Shown in pieces: positions 12,409-25,349 of a DNA stretch of 64,000 bases (position 1 is its first letter; each line of letters opens with the position of its first letter). This DNA comes from Octopus vulgaris. Its lineage: Eukaryota. Location: the NCBI GenBank assembly GCA_951406725.2, contig OX597816.1:25544001-25608000 (forward strand), given 5' to 3'. Made by a program: the position numbers and the translations under genes. The notes under the pieces are model-generated. The model was not told the DNA's origin. It searched no databases and saw only the letters and a list, made by a program, of their open reading frames with translations.

Positions 12409-12975
12409 ATAGGCAGGTTCGTGAAACAAGTTTGTTTACAATATTCTTCAAAGCTCCAAATTCTTCAACCGAAAACGTAAATTCTGAACTTGGTTTGCTG
12501 GCGATATTTTCAATTTCTGATTTTTTAGAGTTTCGTATACCAATAGCAAACACCATCGCACCAGTTTCACGTAGTTTTTCAGCAGCGATTTTTGTACTGG
12601 ATGGTCTGTTTGAAATTCCGTCAGTCATTAAGATGGCAATATTTTGGACATTCTTTCTGTCTCCGTATTTTTTTGTGAATGAACGGACTCTTAAACTATT
12701 CAATGCTAAATGCGTCATTGTACCTCCTTTACCATAACGGATTTTGTCAATTTTTCTGAATATTTCTTCCTTATTAAAATATGAGTTCAGGTTAAACTGA
12801 TATTTAACAGAGTAGCTGAACGTAAGAACACCTACTCGGACATTTTCGGAGCCAATTGGAAAATGTTTAATGATATCTTTTGTAAAATCTTTCATTATTT
12901 TAAAGTTAGGCGCTTTAATACTGCCAGACTCATCCAAAGCAAACATAATGTCGGCATAATTTGTTTGACAATTCG
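12409..12975 (-). CDS. vWA domain 4 exon (567 nt)
   Basis: cag/gtgagt, phase 1-1; ADIMFALDESGSI, TMTHLAL, ILMTDG. Confidence 0.95.
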
Positions 12976-14367
12976 CTGAAATGTAAATCAATGACATCAA
13001 CGCATTATTCCTAATGTCAGTATATACACATACGCACACACACACACACACACGTACGCACGCACACATCATATACATACATATAAATAAATAAACATAC
13101 ATGTATATATTGGGTCATCCCGTAAATAATGCGGTTTTTTTTATTCTTTTAATTTTCAAAATTAAGATAAACATAGTTCTATTCGTCTATCTATTTATAA
13201 GTACAAATAGACAAATGTAAACATACATATAGGTACCTTTCTGTACATACTGTAGATCCAACTCAGTGATGGCCTCAAGTGTAGCATATGTATAAAAGAA
13301 TACAAGTGGGGTTGAAAATTCACAACAGCTGTTTCGGTAGCATCTTATTAATGCATTCTTAGATTACGTCAAGACAAAAAAACCGCCATTGTGCGTGTGC
13401 GTGTGTGTGTGTTTGTCTGTGTGTGCGCGTGTGGGGGGGGGTAACATATATGATATGAATGTGGGCTAATGGATAAAGGAATTCAATCCAAATTCATAAA
13501 TATTGTTTTCCTGTCTCCACGAATCTATATTATATACATGGCTGTCTTGTTCGGAGCTGAAAATGTAAGACATAATTTGTAGGAAAGTTATCTAACATAG
13601 GCGCAGAAGTGGTTGTGTGGTAAGTAGCTTGCTTACCAACCACATGGTTTCGGGTTCATTCTCACTGCGTGGCACCTTGGGCAAGTGTCTTCTACTATAG
13701 CCTCGGGCCGACTAAAGCCTTGTGAGTAGATTTGGAAGACGGAAACTGAAAGAAGCCTGTCATGTATATATATATGTATGTATTTGTGTGTATGTGTGTC
13801 TGTGTTTGTCCCCTCCCCCACATCACCTGAGAATTGATGCTGGTGTGTTTACACGTCCCCGTAACTTAGCGGTTCGGCAATAGCGGCCTATAGAATAAGT
13901 ACTAGGCTTCCAAAGAATAAGTCCTGGGGTCGACTTGCTGACTAAAGGCGGTGCTACAGCATCGCCGCAGTCAAATGACTGAAACAAGTAAAAGCGTAAA
14001 TGAAACAGAAATCTTACAACGAAGATTGTCTATTTTCAATTCCTTTTGACTTGCCTCTTTCACATCATAAAACGTGTTCCAAATTAACGTTGATTCACCT
14101 CTTTTCTCACATTTTCTCTATAGTTAAAAGTATCAGAGAGAATATATACCGGATCAAACTTTGTTTTACCACGAGTAAACTTTTTCAAAAGAAGGTATTG
14201 AAGTCAGCACTGCAATTCAGAACCATCATAAAGCAAACTGGTGTATATGCAAATGTGAGTGTGTCTTGAGACACTGCTCTATCTGACAGTAACGCATCAA
14301 GTAGAAAATCAATTACGCACTCATATTAGAGTCATGGATTTAATTTGTCTATTGTATAGGTGTTAGT

Positions 14368-14875
14368 GTGGAGGCGCGTGGCTTAGTGGTTAGGGTGACA
14401 GCATCATGATCGTAAGATTGTGGTTTCGATTCCTGGATCAGGCGACGCGTTGTGTTCTTGAGCAAAACACTTCATTTCACGTTGCTCCGGTCCACTCAGC
14501 TTGCAAAATGAGTAACGCTGCGATGGACTGGCGTCCCGTCCAGCTGGGGAACACATACACCATTGAAACCGGGAAACCGGGCCCATGAGCCTGGCTAGGC
14601 TTTTAAACAGCGCATTTATTTTTGTGGAGTCGCGTGGCTTAATGGTTAGGGTGTCAGCATCATGATCGTAAGATTGTGGTTTCGATTCTTGGACCGGGCG
14701 GTGCGTTCTGTTCTTAAGCAAAACACTTCATTTCACGTTGCTCCAGTCCACTCAGCTGGCAAAAATGAGTAACGCTGTGATGGACTGGCATCCCATCAAT
14801 CTGGTTAACGTCATTGAAATCGAGAAACCGGGCCCATGAGCCTGGCTAGGCGTTAAAAGGGCGCATTTATTATTT
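14368..14875 (+). mobile_element. Head-to-tail dimer of SINE family C
   Basis: Two ~250-bp copies starting at 14368 and 14623. Confidence 0.85.
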
Positions 14876-15481
14876 TTTATAAGTGTTACTGCTTATTTGT
14901 TTTAAAGCAAAATACAAAAGAACGAGTTTTGCTAATTTACTCTTTACTCTTTACTCTCTTTAACTTTCTTTTACTCTTTTACTCTCTTTACTCTCTTTTA
15001 CTCTTTTACTTGTTTCGGTCATTTGACTGTGGACATACTGGAGCACCGCCTTTAGTCGAAGAAATAAACCCCAGGACTTATTCTTTGTAAGCCTAGTACT
15101 TATTCTATCGGTCTCTTTTGCTGAACCGCTAAGTTACGGGGACGTAAACAAATCAGCATCTGTTGTCAAGCGATGTTGGAGGACAAACACAGACACAAGT
15201 AAAAGGGTAAAACTGTTGGCGAAGAAAAGGTGACAATGTACATCATTAATTACTATAGGAACCAGTGTATGGCTAAAAAAGGAAAAGCGAAGAGGTTGAA
15301 CTTCTCGAATAGTCTGACAGAAAATATATTTAATGTATAATATCATACTTACATTTACTTTCAAGGGATTTCGATGACACTATATTGACCAAATAGCAAA
15401 GTACTGAAAGAGAAGAACAATTCTAAGCACAATATAATGATATATGTTTAAATATGCTTTTACAAAAGTATACATACATAC

Positions 15482-15540
<59 letters not shown>

Positions 15541-15675
15541 TATATACATATATATACATATATATATATATATATTAGTTAATCCAAACATGAACAAAGA
15601 GAAAACACAACAACGCGAAGACGTGGAACATGTATAGTGTTATTGGACGCTCAGGAAAGGAAAGAAAGAAGGAGG

Positions 15676-15710
15676 ATTTAACGTTTCGAGCGGAGCTCTT
15701 CGTCAGAAAC
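15676..15710 (-). ncRNA. Minimal hammerhead motif in Penelope-like repeat
   Basis: GTTT-CTGACGA-aGAGCtccGCTC-GAAACGTT-AAAT. Confidence 0.6.
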
Positions 15711-16183
15711 ATAGAAAAAGGAAAGGTCCAAGGGTGGGACGACGGAGAAAGAAAATCGCCAACGATACACACGCGGTCACTATATATTTATAGGGAGAGT
15801 TTACGAAAAAAACAAAAGACGAAGACAGGTGGTGTAGAAAACAAACAGATGTATTAGTATAACGCTCAGGAATAGAAAAAAATCTTTTACGTTTCGAGCG
15901 GAGCTCTTCTACAGAAAGGTACACAGAAAAACAAGGAGAGAAAAAAAAATATATATATATAAGGGGAGAGATAGGTAGAGAGAGAGACAGAGAGGGAGTG
16001 GGTGCATTAAATCTATTGGCTTTCATTCATTTTTTTTTTATCCTGTAATATATTATTTGCCTCTAAAATTTGAACTCACCGATCAGAGGAAGAATGTAGA
16101 TTGACTTCATGATTAGTCTTACAACTAATCAGATCTGACACTAATCAGTAACTGTATATAGTGGCGTTATATATATTGCAGCA

Positions 16184-16232
<49 letters not shown>

Positions 16233-16245
16233 CATAAACATACAC

Positions 16246-16288
<43 letters not shown>

Positions 16289-16463
16289 TATATATATGTA
16301 TGTATGTACATATGTATATATATGCATACACACAATGAGTGTGTGTTTGTGTGTACACGGATTTATAAGGGTAAAAATACATGTGTACTTATTTCTCTCA
16401 TTTCACATTGGATTAAGGTATTATAATGGAGAAACACATGACAAATCTCACACACATGCGTAG

Positions 16464-16498
<35 letters not shown>

Positions 16499-16764
16499 CA
16501 CACTCACACTTATATACACATATATTTGTGTGCGTGTATATATATGTACAAGCACACATATACACAAACACATATAAGAGTATAAACATTGTATGAACAT
16601 GTAAGGTATTAATATATGACAATGGAAGAAAGTTAAATACCTGTTCACCAGCACCAATAAATTAATATACGTAATATTAACATCTGCAATTTTAATGCGT
16701 AACATGCCTTAGGGATTTCTGAAATATCAACCTCCTTATATATATATAAAACTTAGATAAAACT

Positions 16765-17095
16765 TAGATATGTTTCGACCAAAGTTTGGTCCAGGCCATG
16801 TCTAACTTAATAGCACCACCTGATACGATTATCTAAATCCTGTTTAAGTCAAGTTTTGTTTATGGTCCATTCATGTAGTGAGTTCTTGTTGAGTGAGTTG
16901 TATCCAGGTATGGGTGGCTTATCTGGTATTCCTTGAAGAAATCTGTCCAGATTCTGTTTAAAGGTGATGGGATCATTTTCCTCCTTGATCTCTTTCGGGA
17001 CAATGTTAAACAGGGCAGGGCCTGTTCAGGAAAAGAAATTGTGTCGCAGTGTACCTATATGCTGTGATACTGAATTGAACAAGAGGAGCGGCCCA
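16765..17095 (-). mobile_element. CR1/L2-like LINE 3' fragment
   Basis: Minus translation GPALFNIVPKEIKEENDPITFKQNLDRFLQGIPDKPPIPGY. Confidence 0.6.
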
Positions 17096-17235
17096 AAGAG
17101 GTTATGAGATGTAATGGTGTCAGTGAATTGTTTTAAAATCTACTCAGCCTTTGTTCTTTTTTATCTCATTACGAAAAAAATTATATATATATAAGTTGTT
17201 ATAATGAAGTTAAATAAAACCGATGGTTTGAAATC

Positions 17236-17322
17236 ATTTAATGCGCCCGTTTCAGGCCTGCGTAATGACTAATAGGAAATAATAGGAAATGCATCCATTA
17301 CGGAAACCTTCTTCAGTTAAAA
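17236..17322 (-). ncRNA. Degenerate hammerhead motif with long stem II
   Basis: TTTAA-CTGAAGA-AGGTT..CGTAATG..CATTACG..GGCCT-GAAAC-gggc-GCA-TTAAA; cleavage triplet mutated to GCA. Confidence 0.55.
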
Positions 17323-17323
17323 C

Positions 17324-17356
<33 letters not shown>

Positions 17357-17370
17357 TGTATGTATGTATG

Positions 17371-17430
<60 letters not shown>

Positions 17431-17531
17431 GTTAATCCAAACATGAAAACACAAAGAGAAAACACAACAACGTGAGGACGTGGAAGAAATATAGTATTAT
17501 TGGACACTCAGGAAGGAAGGGAAGAAGGAGG

Positions 17532-17566
17532 GTTTTACGTTTCGAGCGGAGCTCTTCGTCAGAAAC
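17532..17566 (-). ncRNA. Minimal hammerhead motif in Penelope-like repeat
   Basis: GTTT-CTGACGA-aGAGCtccGCTC-GAAACGTA-AAAC. Confidence 0.62.
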
Positions 17567-19044
17567 ATAGGAAAAGGAAAGATCCAGAGAAGAGAAGACG
17601 GGGGAAAAAAATCGCCAACGGTACACACGCGGTAACATTTTGAATATATATATATATACATACTAGGTTGGAAAGTAAGTCCTCTCACATTTCAAGATGG
17701 CAACGAAACAAATGTTTTGTTAATCTTAATTTGCATTGTCAAAGTAATGTTGCAAGGATCTGACTAACAGAGGGATCAAAGAGCAGAGTGTAAAGAGATT
17801 AAGGCAAAGCTTCCATATTTAGAGTTATAGTCACGACGGGCAATAAGTTGTGTGGCATTATCGTATAAGAGTAACATCTTTTACAACTGACCAATGATTG
17901 GCGTTTTTTCTGCAAATCTTTTGTGCAATGTTACCAAGGAGCGCTAACGGCGGTGCATCAGCATGGCCGCAGCTCTGAGCTGAAACTACGGAAAAAAGAT
18001 TGACAATACGTCTCCGAATTAACTGGTCTATTTTGGTTAAACAATATGTGATACACTAAATGCTATACATCCCACAAAACACAGAGCATAGTTTCTTCCA
18101 GGTGTACTCCTGGCTTGGCGAAAGACTCTTCTTTTTTTCACTCGGTGCATTTTTCTGAATCTTTTAGTTCTGAGTTCAAATCCCGCTTAAGATAAAATAA
18201 AGTACCAATGAAACACTGGAGTCGATATAATCAACTTACCCTTCTCCTCAAAATTACAGGTTATGTGCCAAAAACTAGAAAGAAAATTACTAGAAGCATA
18301 AATATTAATAAACTACTATATTAGACTCTGTAAAACTATATCTGCGAAGTTTATATATATACTGCTGTGACTGGGGAGAGTCATTTTCTTTTTGTGCCTT
18401 ATAATTTAACACATTAAATTTTCACTTATTTCTTAGGAAAATAAAAATAAAAATATGAAATAAGTGGAAATTTTACCGGTGAGTGTGTTAAAATATAATG
18501 CACAAAAAGAAAATAAATTCCCCGAGATCAACAGAATATGATTCAACACACGAACTCATATAAAGAATCTTGCAAACCAAATCCCAAAACGAAATACATA
18601 TATATATTCTGAAAGAGATATAGCATAATTCTTAAAATATCTATATGTAAGAGCAAATTCCATGAATAGAACCAGATAAACATTAAGCGTTTTTTGTTGA
18701 TAAAATATTTATTTGCATCGAAAATGTTAATTTGAGGATATTACAGAATCATTTGCCCAGAGACACAGTTTCTCTTTTACAAAATATCTTATTGTATGCA
18801 TTTCGCTGTCAGATAACTTCGTTCGATTTTTCTCCATTTATTTTAACCTGTACATTTAATTAAAATTATAACTGTTCAAAATTTTTGTAACTTTAGTATA
18901 TTGTTTCTATACATCTACCAAGCTGATCTGTCAACGTCTGTTGTTGGAGATTGAAGGAGACGGCAATAACATTAATCACCCAACTAAACACTGCTCAGAG
19001 CTGACTTACAGGATGCAGTCGGAGTGTTTGGAAGCTCACTGTTC

Positions 19045-19846
19045 TTTTCTACTCTAGGCACCAAGCTTGAAATTTTTGTGGAGGAGGGGGGTATGTCGAT
19101 TATATCGTATATCGACCACAGTACGCAGCTGGTACTTAATTTGTCGACCCCGAAAGGATGAAAGGCAAAGTCGACCTCAGCGGAATTTGAACTCAGGACG
19201 TAGACAGACGAAATACCTATTTCTTTACTACCCACAAGGGGTTAAACACAGAGGGGACAAACAAGGACAGACAAACGGATTAAGTCGATTATATCGACCC
19301 CAGTGCGTAACTGGTACTTATTTAATCGACCCCGAAAGGATGAAAGGCAAAGTCGACTCAGCGGAATTTGAACTCAGGACATAGACAGACGAAATACCGC
19401 TAAGCATTTCGCCCACCGTGCTAACGTTTCATATTTCTTTATTGCCCACAAGGGGCTAAACATAGAGGGGACGGACAAGGACAGACAAACGGATTAAGTC
19501 GATTACATCGACCCCAGTGCGTAACGGGTACATAATTTATCGACCCCGAAAGGATGAAAGGCAAAGACGACCTCGGCGGAATTTGAACTCAGAACGTAGC
19601 GGCTGACGAAATACCTATTTCTTTACTGCCCACAAGGGGCTACACACAGGGAGGACAAACAAGGACAGACAAACGGATTAAGTCGATTATATCGCCCCCA
19701 GTGCGTAACTGGTACTTATTTAATCGACCCCGAAAGGATGAAAGGCAAAGTCGACCTCGGTGGAATTTGAACTGAGAACGTAGCGGCGGACGAAATACCG
19801 CTAAGCATTTCGCCCGGCGTGCTAATGATTCTGCCAGCTCACCGCC
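19045..19846 (-). mobile_element. SINE family B tetramer bounded by 18-bp TSD
   Basis: tttggaagctcactgttc at 19027-19044 and 19847-19864. Confidence 0.9.
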
Positions 19847-19864
19847 TTTGGAAGCTCACTGTTC

Positions 19865-20510
19865 AATAAAGCTTTGTGTGAAACAGGGCAAAAATGCTAA
19901 CGAAACTTATGAAGTGCCCCAGACTGCTTATAGATTAACTTTTTCACTGGAAGAAGAGGTTCAAGGACAGTAAAGAGGGGTTGAGAGAGGATGAGGGAAG
20001 GAGAAGGACATCAGAACATCAGAGCTGGTTCAGAAAATTCCTAATTTTCTGGATGAAGACTGCCGTGTGTCTACAACGACTATAATCATCCTGTTTGGAG
20101 TCGTGTGAAAACTGTAAACTGAATTATTCATAAAGATCTGAACAAGTTTGTCCTCTGGATGCTGAGTAAAGAACTTGCTGGTAACTTTACAGATATGAAC
20201 ATCAAAACTGTCCCACACCCAAATTTCGTTACAGACTAGACGTTGCTCTCTGTGATCTTTGGTTGTTCTCCAAGCTAAAGGAGAGAATCAGTGGCAGACG
20301 TTTTGAAGATATTGAGAATGGGATGCAATAAGGGTCACGGGTATCTTCATTTTAGAAGACTTCCATTGTGCCTTCATGAAGTAGCTAGAGCGTTACAAGT
20401 TCATTGGCATAAGACAATTCTATTTGGAAGGAAGCTAGAGTTTTGTACTCCTTTGAAATTAATAAATATATCTCCTAAAAACGTATGAAAACTTCTGGAA
20501 CGCTCCGTCT
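19865..20510 (+). mobile_element. Highly decayed mariner remnant
   Basis: IKLCVKQGKNANETYE and DVALCDLWLFSKLK-like segments. Confidence 0.55.
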
Positions 20511-20531
20511 AAGATTAGTATAACGAACATA

Positions 20532-21098
20532 TAGGGTTGTCCGGAAAGTTCGTGCCGATTTAAAGTAGCTTACCTTTCGACTTATATTAGAACATGTTTG
20601 AGTCCATAAAATAGGATTTGACTACACCTCCATTTAGAGCACAGTTTAAGCTAACTTTTCGTGGAAGAAGGTTTATATTCTTATAACCTGTGTTAATTTT
20701 GTAACCCTTTAAAATGGAAGATAAGAAAGTTCATTTTTGGCACTTGATGCTTTGGGAACCAGACAAAAATTGCTGCAGCTCGGCTGGGATGTGTTACCCC
20801 ACCCTCCATATTCACTAGATATTGCTCCTTCGGATTTCCACTTATTCAGGTGTCTGCAGAAGTAGTCTTAATGGTAAAGATTTCAATTACTTGGATGACG
20901 TAAATAGATACCTTGATGAATTCTTTGCCCTGAAACCACCTGAATTCTGGGAAGAGGGTATTTTGAAGTTAAAGGAAAGATGGAAACGCATTGTGCAACA
21001 AAATGGTTCATATTTGGTTGATTGAAAATGTAATGGCAAGTATTTATTGACCTTTCTCTTTCCTTTAAAAATCGGCATGAACTTTCCGGACAACCCAA
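20532..21098 (+). mobile_element. Internally deleted mariner element with intact TIRs and TA TSD
   Basis: TIR tagggttgtccggaaagttcgtgccgattt / aaatcggcatgaactttccggacaacccaa; LGWDVLPHPPYSLDIAPSDFHLFR. Confidence 0.9.
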
Positions 21099-22282
21099 TA
21101 TCTGTGTTAGTCAGGTACCTGCTGTTTCAATTACACGGGAAAACAAATATTTTCTTCATAATTTCATAATCTTGTTTATTTTATACCACCACATTCATCT
21201 CTTACCCTCCAAATTGATTTAGAAAACATAGCGTGTGTATAATTGTTTATATGAATGTATGGTAGAATGTATTAGTAGAATTATGTATGATTGAATGAAT
21301 TTACATACAAACGCATAATGTATATAAATACGTATGTATGTATGTATGTATGTATGTATGTATGTATGTATGTATGTATGTATGTATGTATACATGCATG
21401 CGTGTATATATGCATTTATGTATGTATTATAAGCGTAGGAGTGGCTGTGTGGTAAGTAGCTTGCTTACCAACCACATGGTTCCGGGTTCAGTCCCACTGC
21501 GTGGCACCTTGGGCAAGTGTCTTCTACTTGCCTTGTGAGTGGATTTGATAGATGGAAACTGAAAGAAGCCTGTCGTATATATGTATGTCTTTGTATGTAT
21601 GTGTATATGTTTGTGTATCTGTGTTCGTCCCCACAACATCTCTTGACAACCGATGGTGGTGTGTTTACATCCCCGTAACCTAGGTTCGACAAAAGAGAAC
21701 GATAGAATAAGTTCCAAGCTTACAAAGAATAAGTCCTGGGTTCTATCTGCTCGACTAAAAGGTGGTGTTCCAGCATGGCCACAGTCACATGACTGAAACA
21801 AGTAAAAAGAGTAACAAAAAAGTGTATATGTGTGTGTGTGTGTGTGTGTGTATGTAAGTATATATGCACGCATGTATATATGTATGCATTTACATATATA
21901 TATATGTGTGTTTGTATGTATGTATGTACGTATGCATGCATGTATATATATATGCATGTATCTATGTATGTAAGCATTTATGTATATATATGTCTGTGTA
22001 TATGTTTGTATGGACATTTTGTATTTGTTTTGTGAAGTTTTAGATTATAGGAAAATCGATAGTACAAGATGTTTCTTAATCATCGAGAACATCCAGATAA
22101 ATATAGCAATGTAAATATACATTATGATACTTATTTAAATATATAGGCGCAAGCATAGCTGCGTGCTTAGAAGTTTACTTCCCAAGCTCGTAATTTTGGG
22201 TTCAATCCCAGTGTGTGGCACCTTGTGTCTTCTACTATAGCCTTCCACCGACCAGAGCCTTGTGAGTGGATTTGGTAGACTG

Positions 22283-22870
22283 TGCTGGCAGAAACGTTAG
22301 CACGCCGGGCGAAATGCCAAGCGGTATTTCGTCTGCCGTTACGTTCTGAGTTCAAATTCCGCCGAGGTCGACCTTGCCTTTCGGGGTCGATATATTAAGA
22401 ACCAGTTATGCACTGGGGTCGATATAATCAACTTAATCCGTTTGTCTGTCCTTATTTATCCTCTCTGTGTTTAGCCCCTTGTGAGTAGTAAAGAAATAGG
22501 CATTTCGTCTGCCGGTACGTTCTGAGTTCAAATTCCGCCGAGGTCGACTTTGCCTTTCATTCTTTCGGGGTCGATTAAATAAGTACCAGTTACGCACTGG
22601 GGTCAATATAATCGACTTAATCCGTTTGTCTGTCCTTGTTTGTCCTCTCTGTGTTTAGTCCCTTGTGGGCAGTAAAGAAATAGGTATTTCGTCTGTCGTT
22701 GCGCTCTGAGTTCAAATTCCGCCGAAGTCGATTTTGCCTTTCATCTTTTCGGGGTCGATTAAATAAGTACCAGTTACGCACTGGGGTCAATATAATCGAC
22801 TTAATACCATTGTCTGTCCTTGTTTGTCTCCTCTTTTTTTAGTCCCTTGTGGGCAATAAAGAAATAAGAA
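22283..22870 (+). mobile_element. SINE family B trimer inserted at or fused to a family A head (22145-22282)
   Basis: Three ~185-bp units follow a truncated family A 5' end. Confidence 0.85.
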
Positions 22871-22908
22871 ACTGAGATGGGCCAGTCGTGTTTATACATG
22901 CATGCATA

Positions 22909-22981
<73 letters not shown>

Positions 22982-23350
22982 CTCCCTCTCACTCTCTCTT
23001 TCTCTCTCGCTCTCTCTCTCCCTCTCTCTCTATATATATATGTGTGTGTATGTGTGTGTGTGTGTGTGTGTGTATGTGTGTGTGTGTGTGTACATATGTA
23101 TTTGTCTTTGTGGCTGTGTTTGTCCCCGACCATCACTTGACTATCGGTGTTAGTGTGTTTACGTAACTAAGAGGTTCGGCAGAAGAGACCGATATAAGTA
23201 CCAGTCTTTAAAAAAATAAGCTCTGTCGTCGATTGCACTAAAATTCTTCAAGGTGTTGCCCCAGTGTGGCCGCAGCCTAATAACGGAAACAAAAGATTAT
23301 AAGCATGAATATTCAATCACATACGTGTGTGTGAATGCGAATGAGTATAT

Positions 23351-23609
23351 ATGTTTGGCCAAAAGTCACCCGAGAGTAAATCAAAATTCCTTAAATGCTA
23401 TACTCTTTTACTCTTTTACTTGTTTCAGTCATTTGACTGTGGCCATGCTGAAGCACCGCCTTTAGTCGAGCAAGTCGACCCCAGGACTTATTCTTTGTAA
23501 GCCTACTACTTATTCAATCGGTCTCTTTTGTCAACCGCTAAGTTACGGAGACGTAAACACGCCAGCATCGGTTGTCAAGTGATGTTGGGTGACAAACACA
23601 GACACACAA

Positions 23610-23660
<51 letters not shown>

Positions 23661-24022
23661 TATATATTTATATATAAACGACGGACTTCTTTCAGTTTCC
23701 GTCTACCAAATCCATTCACTAGGCTTTGTTCGGCCCGAGGCTATAGTAGAAGACACTTGCCCAAGGTGCCATGCAGTGAGACTGAACCCGGAACCATGTG
23801 GTTGGTAAACAAGCTACTTGACACAGCCATTCCTACGCCTATCTGTAATTCTGTATTGACTCGAATGGAAAAATGTGTCATCCAAGAAGGATTTAAGTTT
23901 GAATATTTCTCATGACGTTTCATATTTAGATTTTTTTATTAAATTTATTCAGTCGTTAAACATAAATAAATCTTGGAATTAAATGGCTTTGATTTATTGT
24001 CAGGTGACTTTTGGCCAAACCT
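23351..24022. mobile_element. Tc1/mariner-type MITE interrupted by a family A SINE; sister copy without insertion at ~27793-28033
   Basis: TIR gtttggccaaaagtcacc / ggtgacttttggccaaac. Confidence 0.75.
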
Positions 24023-24038
24023 ATATATGTATATTATA

Positions 24039-24325
24039 CAGAGTGGGACATAAAGATTCCCACATTGTGAATGAATATAAAAAGAGAAAAAATTTATTAT
24101 GCTTTTGAAAAATTTATAATGTTTTGAAAAATATATGTTTTGAAAAATTTATTATGTTTTTGAAAAATACAATTAAAAACGGTTTATTTTACTGGGTTTT
24201 AAAACCTATACTAGGCAAATGGTGGCAGTTTTTGGCAATACATTGATGTAGTCGTTCCTGGAAGTTCTCTTCTTTCAAATCCTCAAGAATTGGAGGACGA
24301 TGTCGAATACGAAAATGGTAGAACC
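24039..24325 (-). mobile_element. Tc1/Tc3-like transposase C-terminal remnant
   Basis: HRPPILEDLKEENFQERLHQCIAKNCHHLPSIGFKTQ*, then a TIR-like end at TA. Confidence 0.55.
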
Positions 24326-24579
24326 TAAAAAAGAAAAAGAAGTGCTTGAGTAATTAATAAAGAATGCAAAAATGAGGAGTGGTTGTGTGGTAAGTAGCTT
24401 GCTTACCAACCACATGGTTCCGGGTTCAGTCGCACTGCGTGGTACCTTGGGCAAATGTCTTCTACTATAGCCTTGGGCTGACCAAAGCCTTGTGAGTGGA
24501 TTTGGTAGACGGAAACTGAATGAAGCCCGTCATATATATGTATATATATATATGTGTGTGTGTGTGTATGTTTGAGCGT

Positions 24580-24900
24580 CTGCCATACCTCAACAAAGAG
24601 TAAGAATTGGTTGTCGGAGAATTTCTACGATTCCGCTGGTCCTATTTATTTCTGGCCTTCTATTTTCCTCGATTGTAACTCCGTGGATTACTATGTGTGG
24701 GGCGTGTTTGAGAAAGACACCGACCTCCCTGTCTTCAACATCAAGGCTAAGCTGGCGATCAAGATCAAAGAGGTGTTCGAAGATCTTCCCAGGAACACAG
24801 TGAGGAACGCATGCACAGGTTCTATATCTGGCCTGAGGCCAGGTGGAAGCTGTGGGCGGTTACAGGAAGTAAACTATTATCTCACGCCCATAATCTAGTT
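24580..24900 (+). mobile_element. maT/DD37D-like transposase C-terminal fragment
   Basis: FWPSIFLDCNSVDYYVWGVFEK resembles WPPxSPDxNPLDYxxWG. Confidence 0.7.
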
Positions 24901-25349
24901 GAAAGCGTTTGATGTTTTAAAAATACTTTTATTTTTGGATGGGATATTGTGCTTTTTCTTTTTATACAAACTGTCAAATTTCGTTGTACTGTTTAGCAAA
25001 TATAAGATTACTGGTGTATTTCGCACATAAAATTTATAGAAGGAAAACTATGCTTTGAATATTAAAGTATTGCAAACAATATAATAATACTTATGTTTAG
25101 TGAAGTTATGATAAATGTGTTTTTTAAGACGTTCAGTCATAAATATAGATTTCTACAGCCATACCATATTTTTAAAACGCTCCCTCACTGATCCAAGGGC
25201 AAAGTGTTTCGTGCCAACACACAAGGTAAATTTATTGGAGTTTGACGAGAATGTTGGCGCATAACACAAGACGCTTCTGTCTAAGAAATTATGTGTATGC
25301 GTGTGAGTGTATATGCATATGTATATATATGTAAATGTGTGTACAAATA

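Noticed and set aside
14368-14445. tRNA genes at SINE heads (also 40241, 44689)
   Set aside because: A/B boxes are present but the cloverleaf is incomplete and each continues into a repeated SINE body
19045-19846. Regularly spaced repeats as a CRISPR array or satellite
   Set aside because: Units are whole ~187-bp SINE bodies with no unique spacers; eukaryotic context and no cas genes
24171-24324. Terminal exon of the vWA gene after a strong polypyrimidine acceptor
   Set aside because: Translation matches a Tc1/Tc3-like transposase C-terminus, and the open frame needs phase 2 whereas the gene's exons end in phase 1
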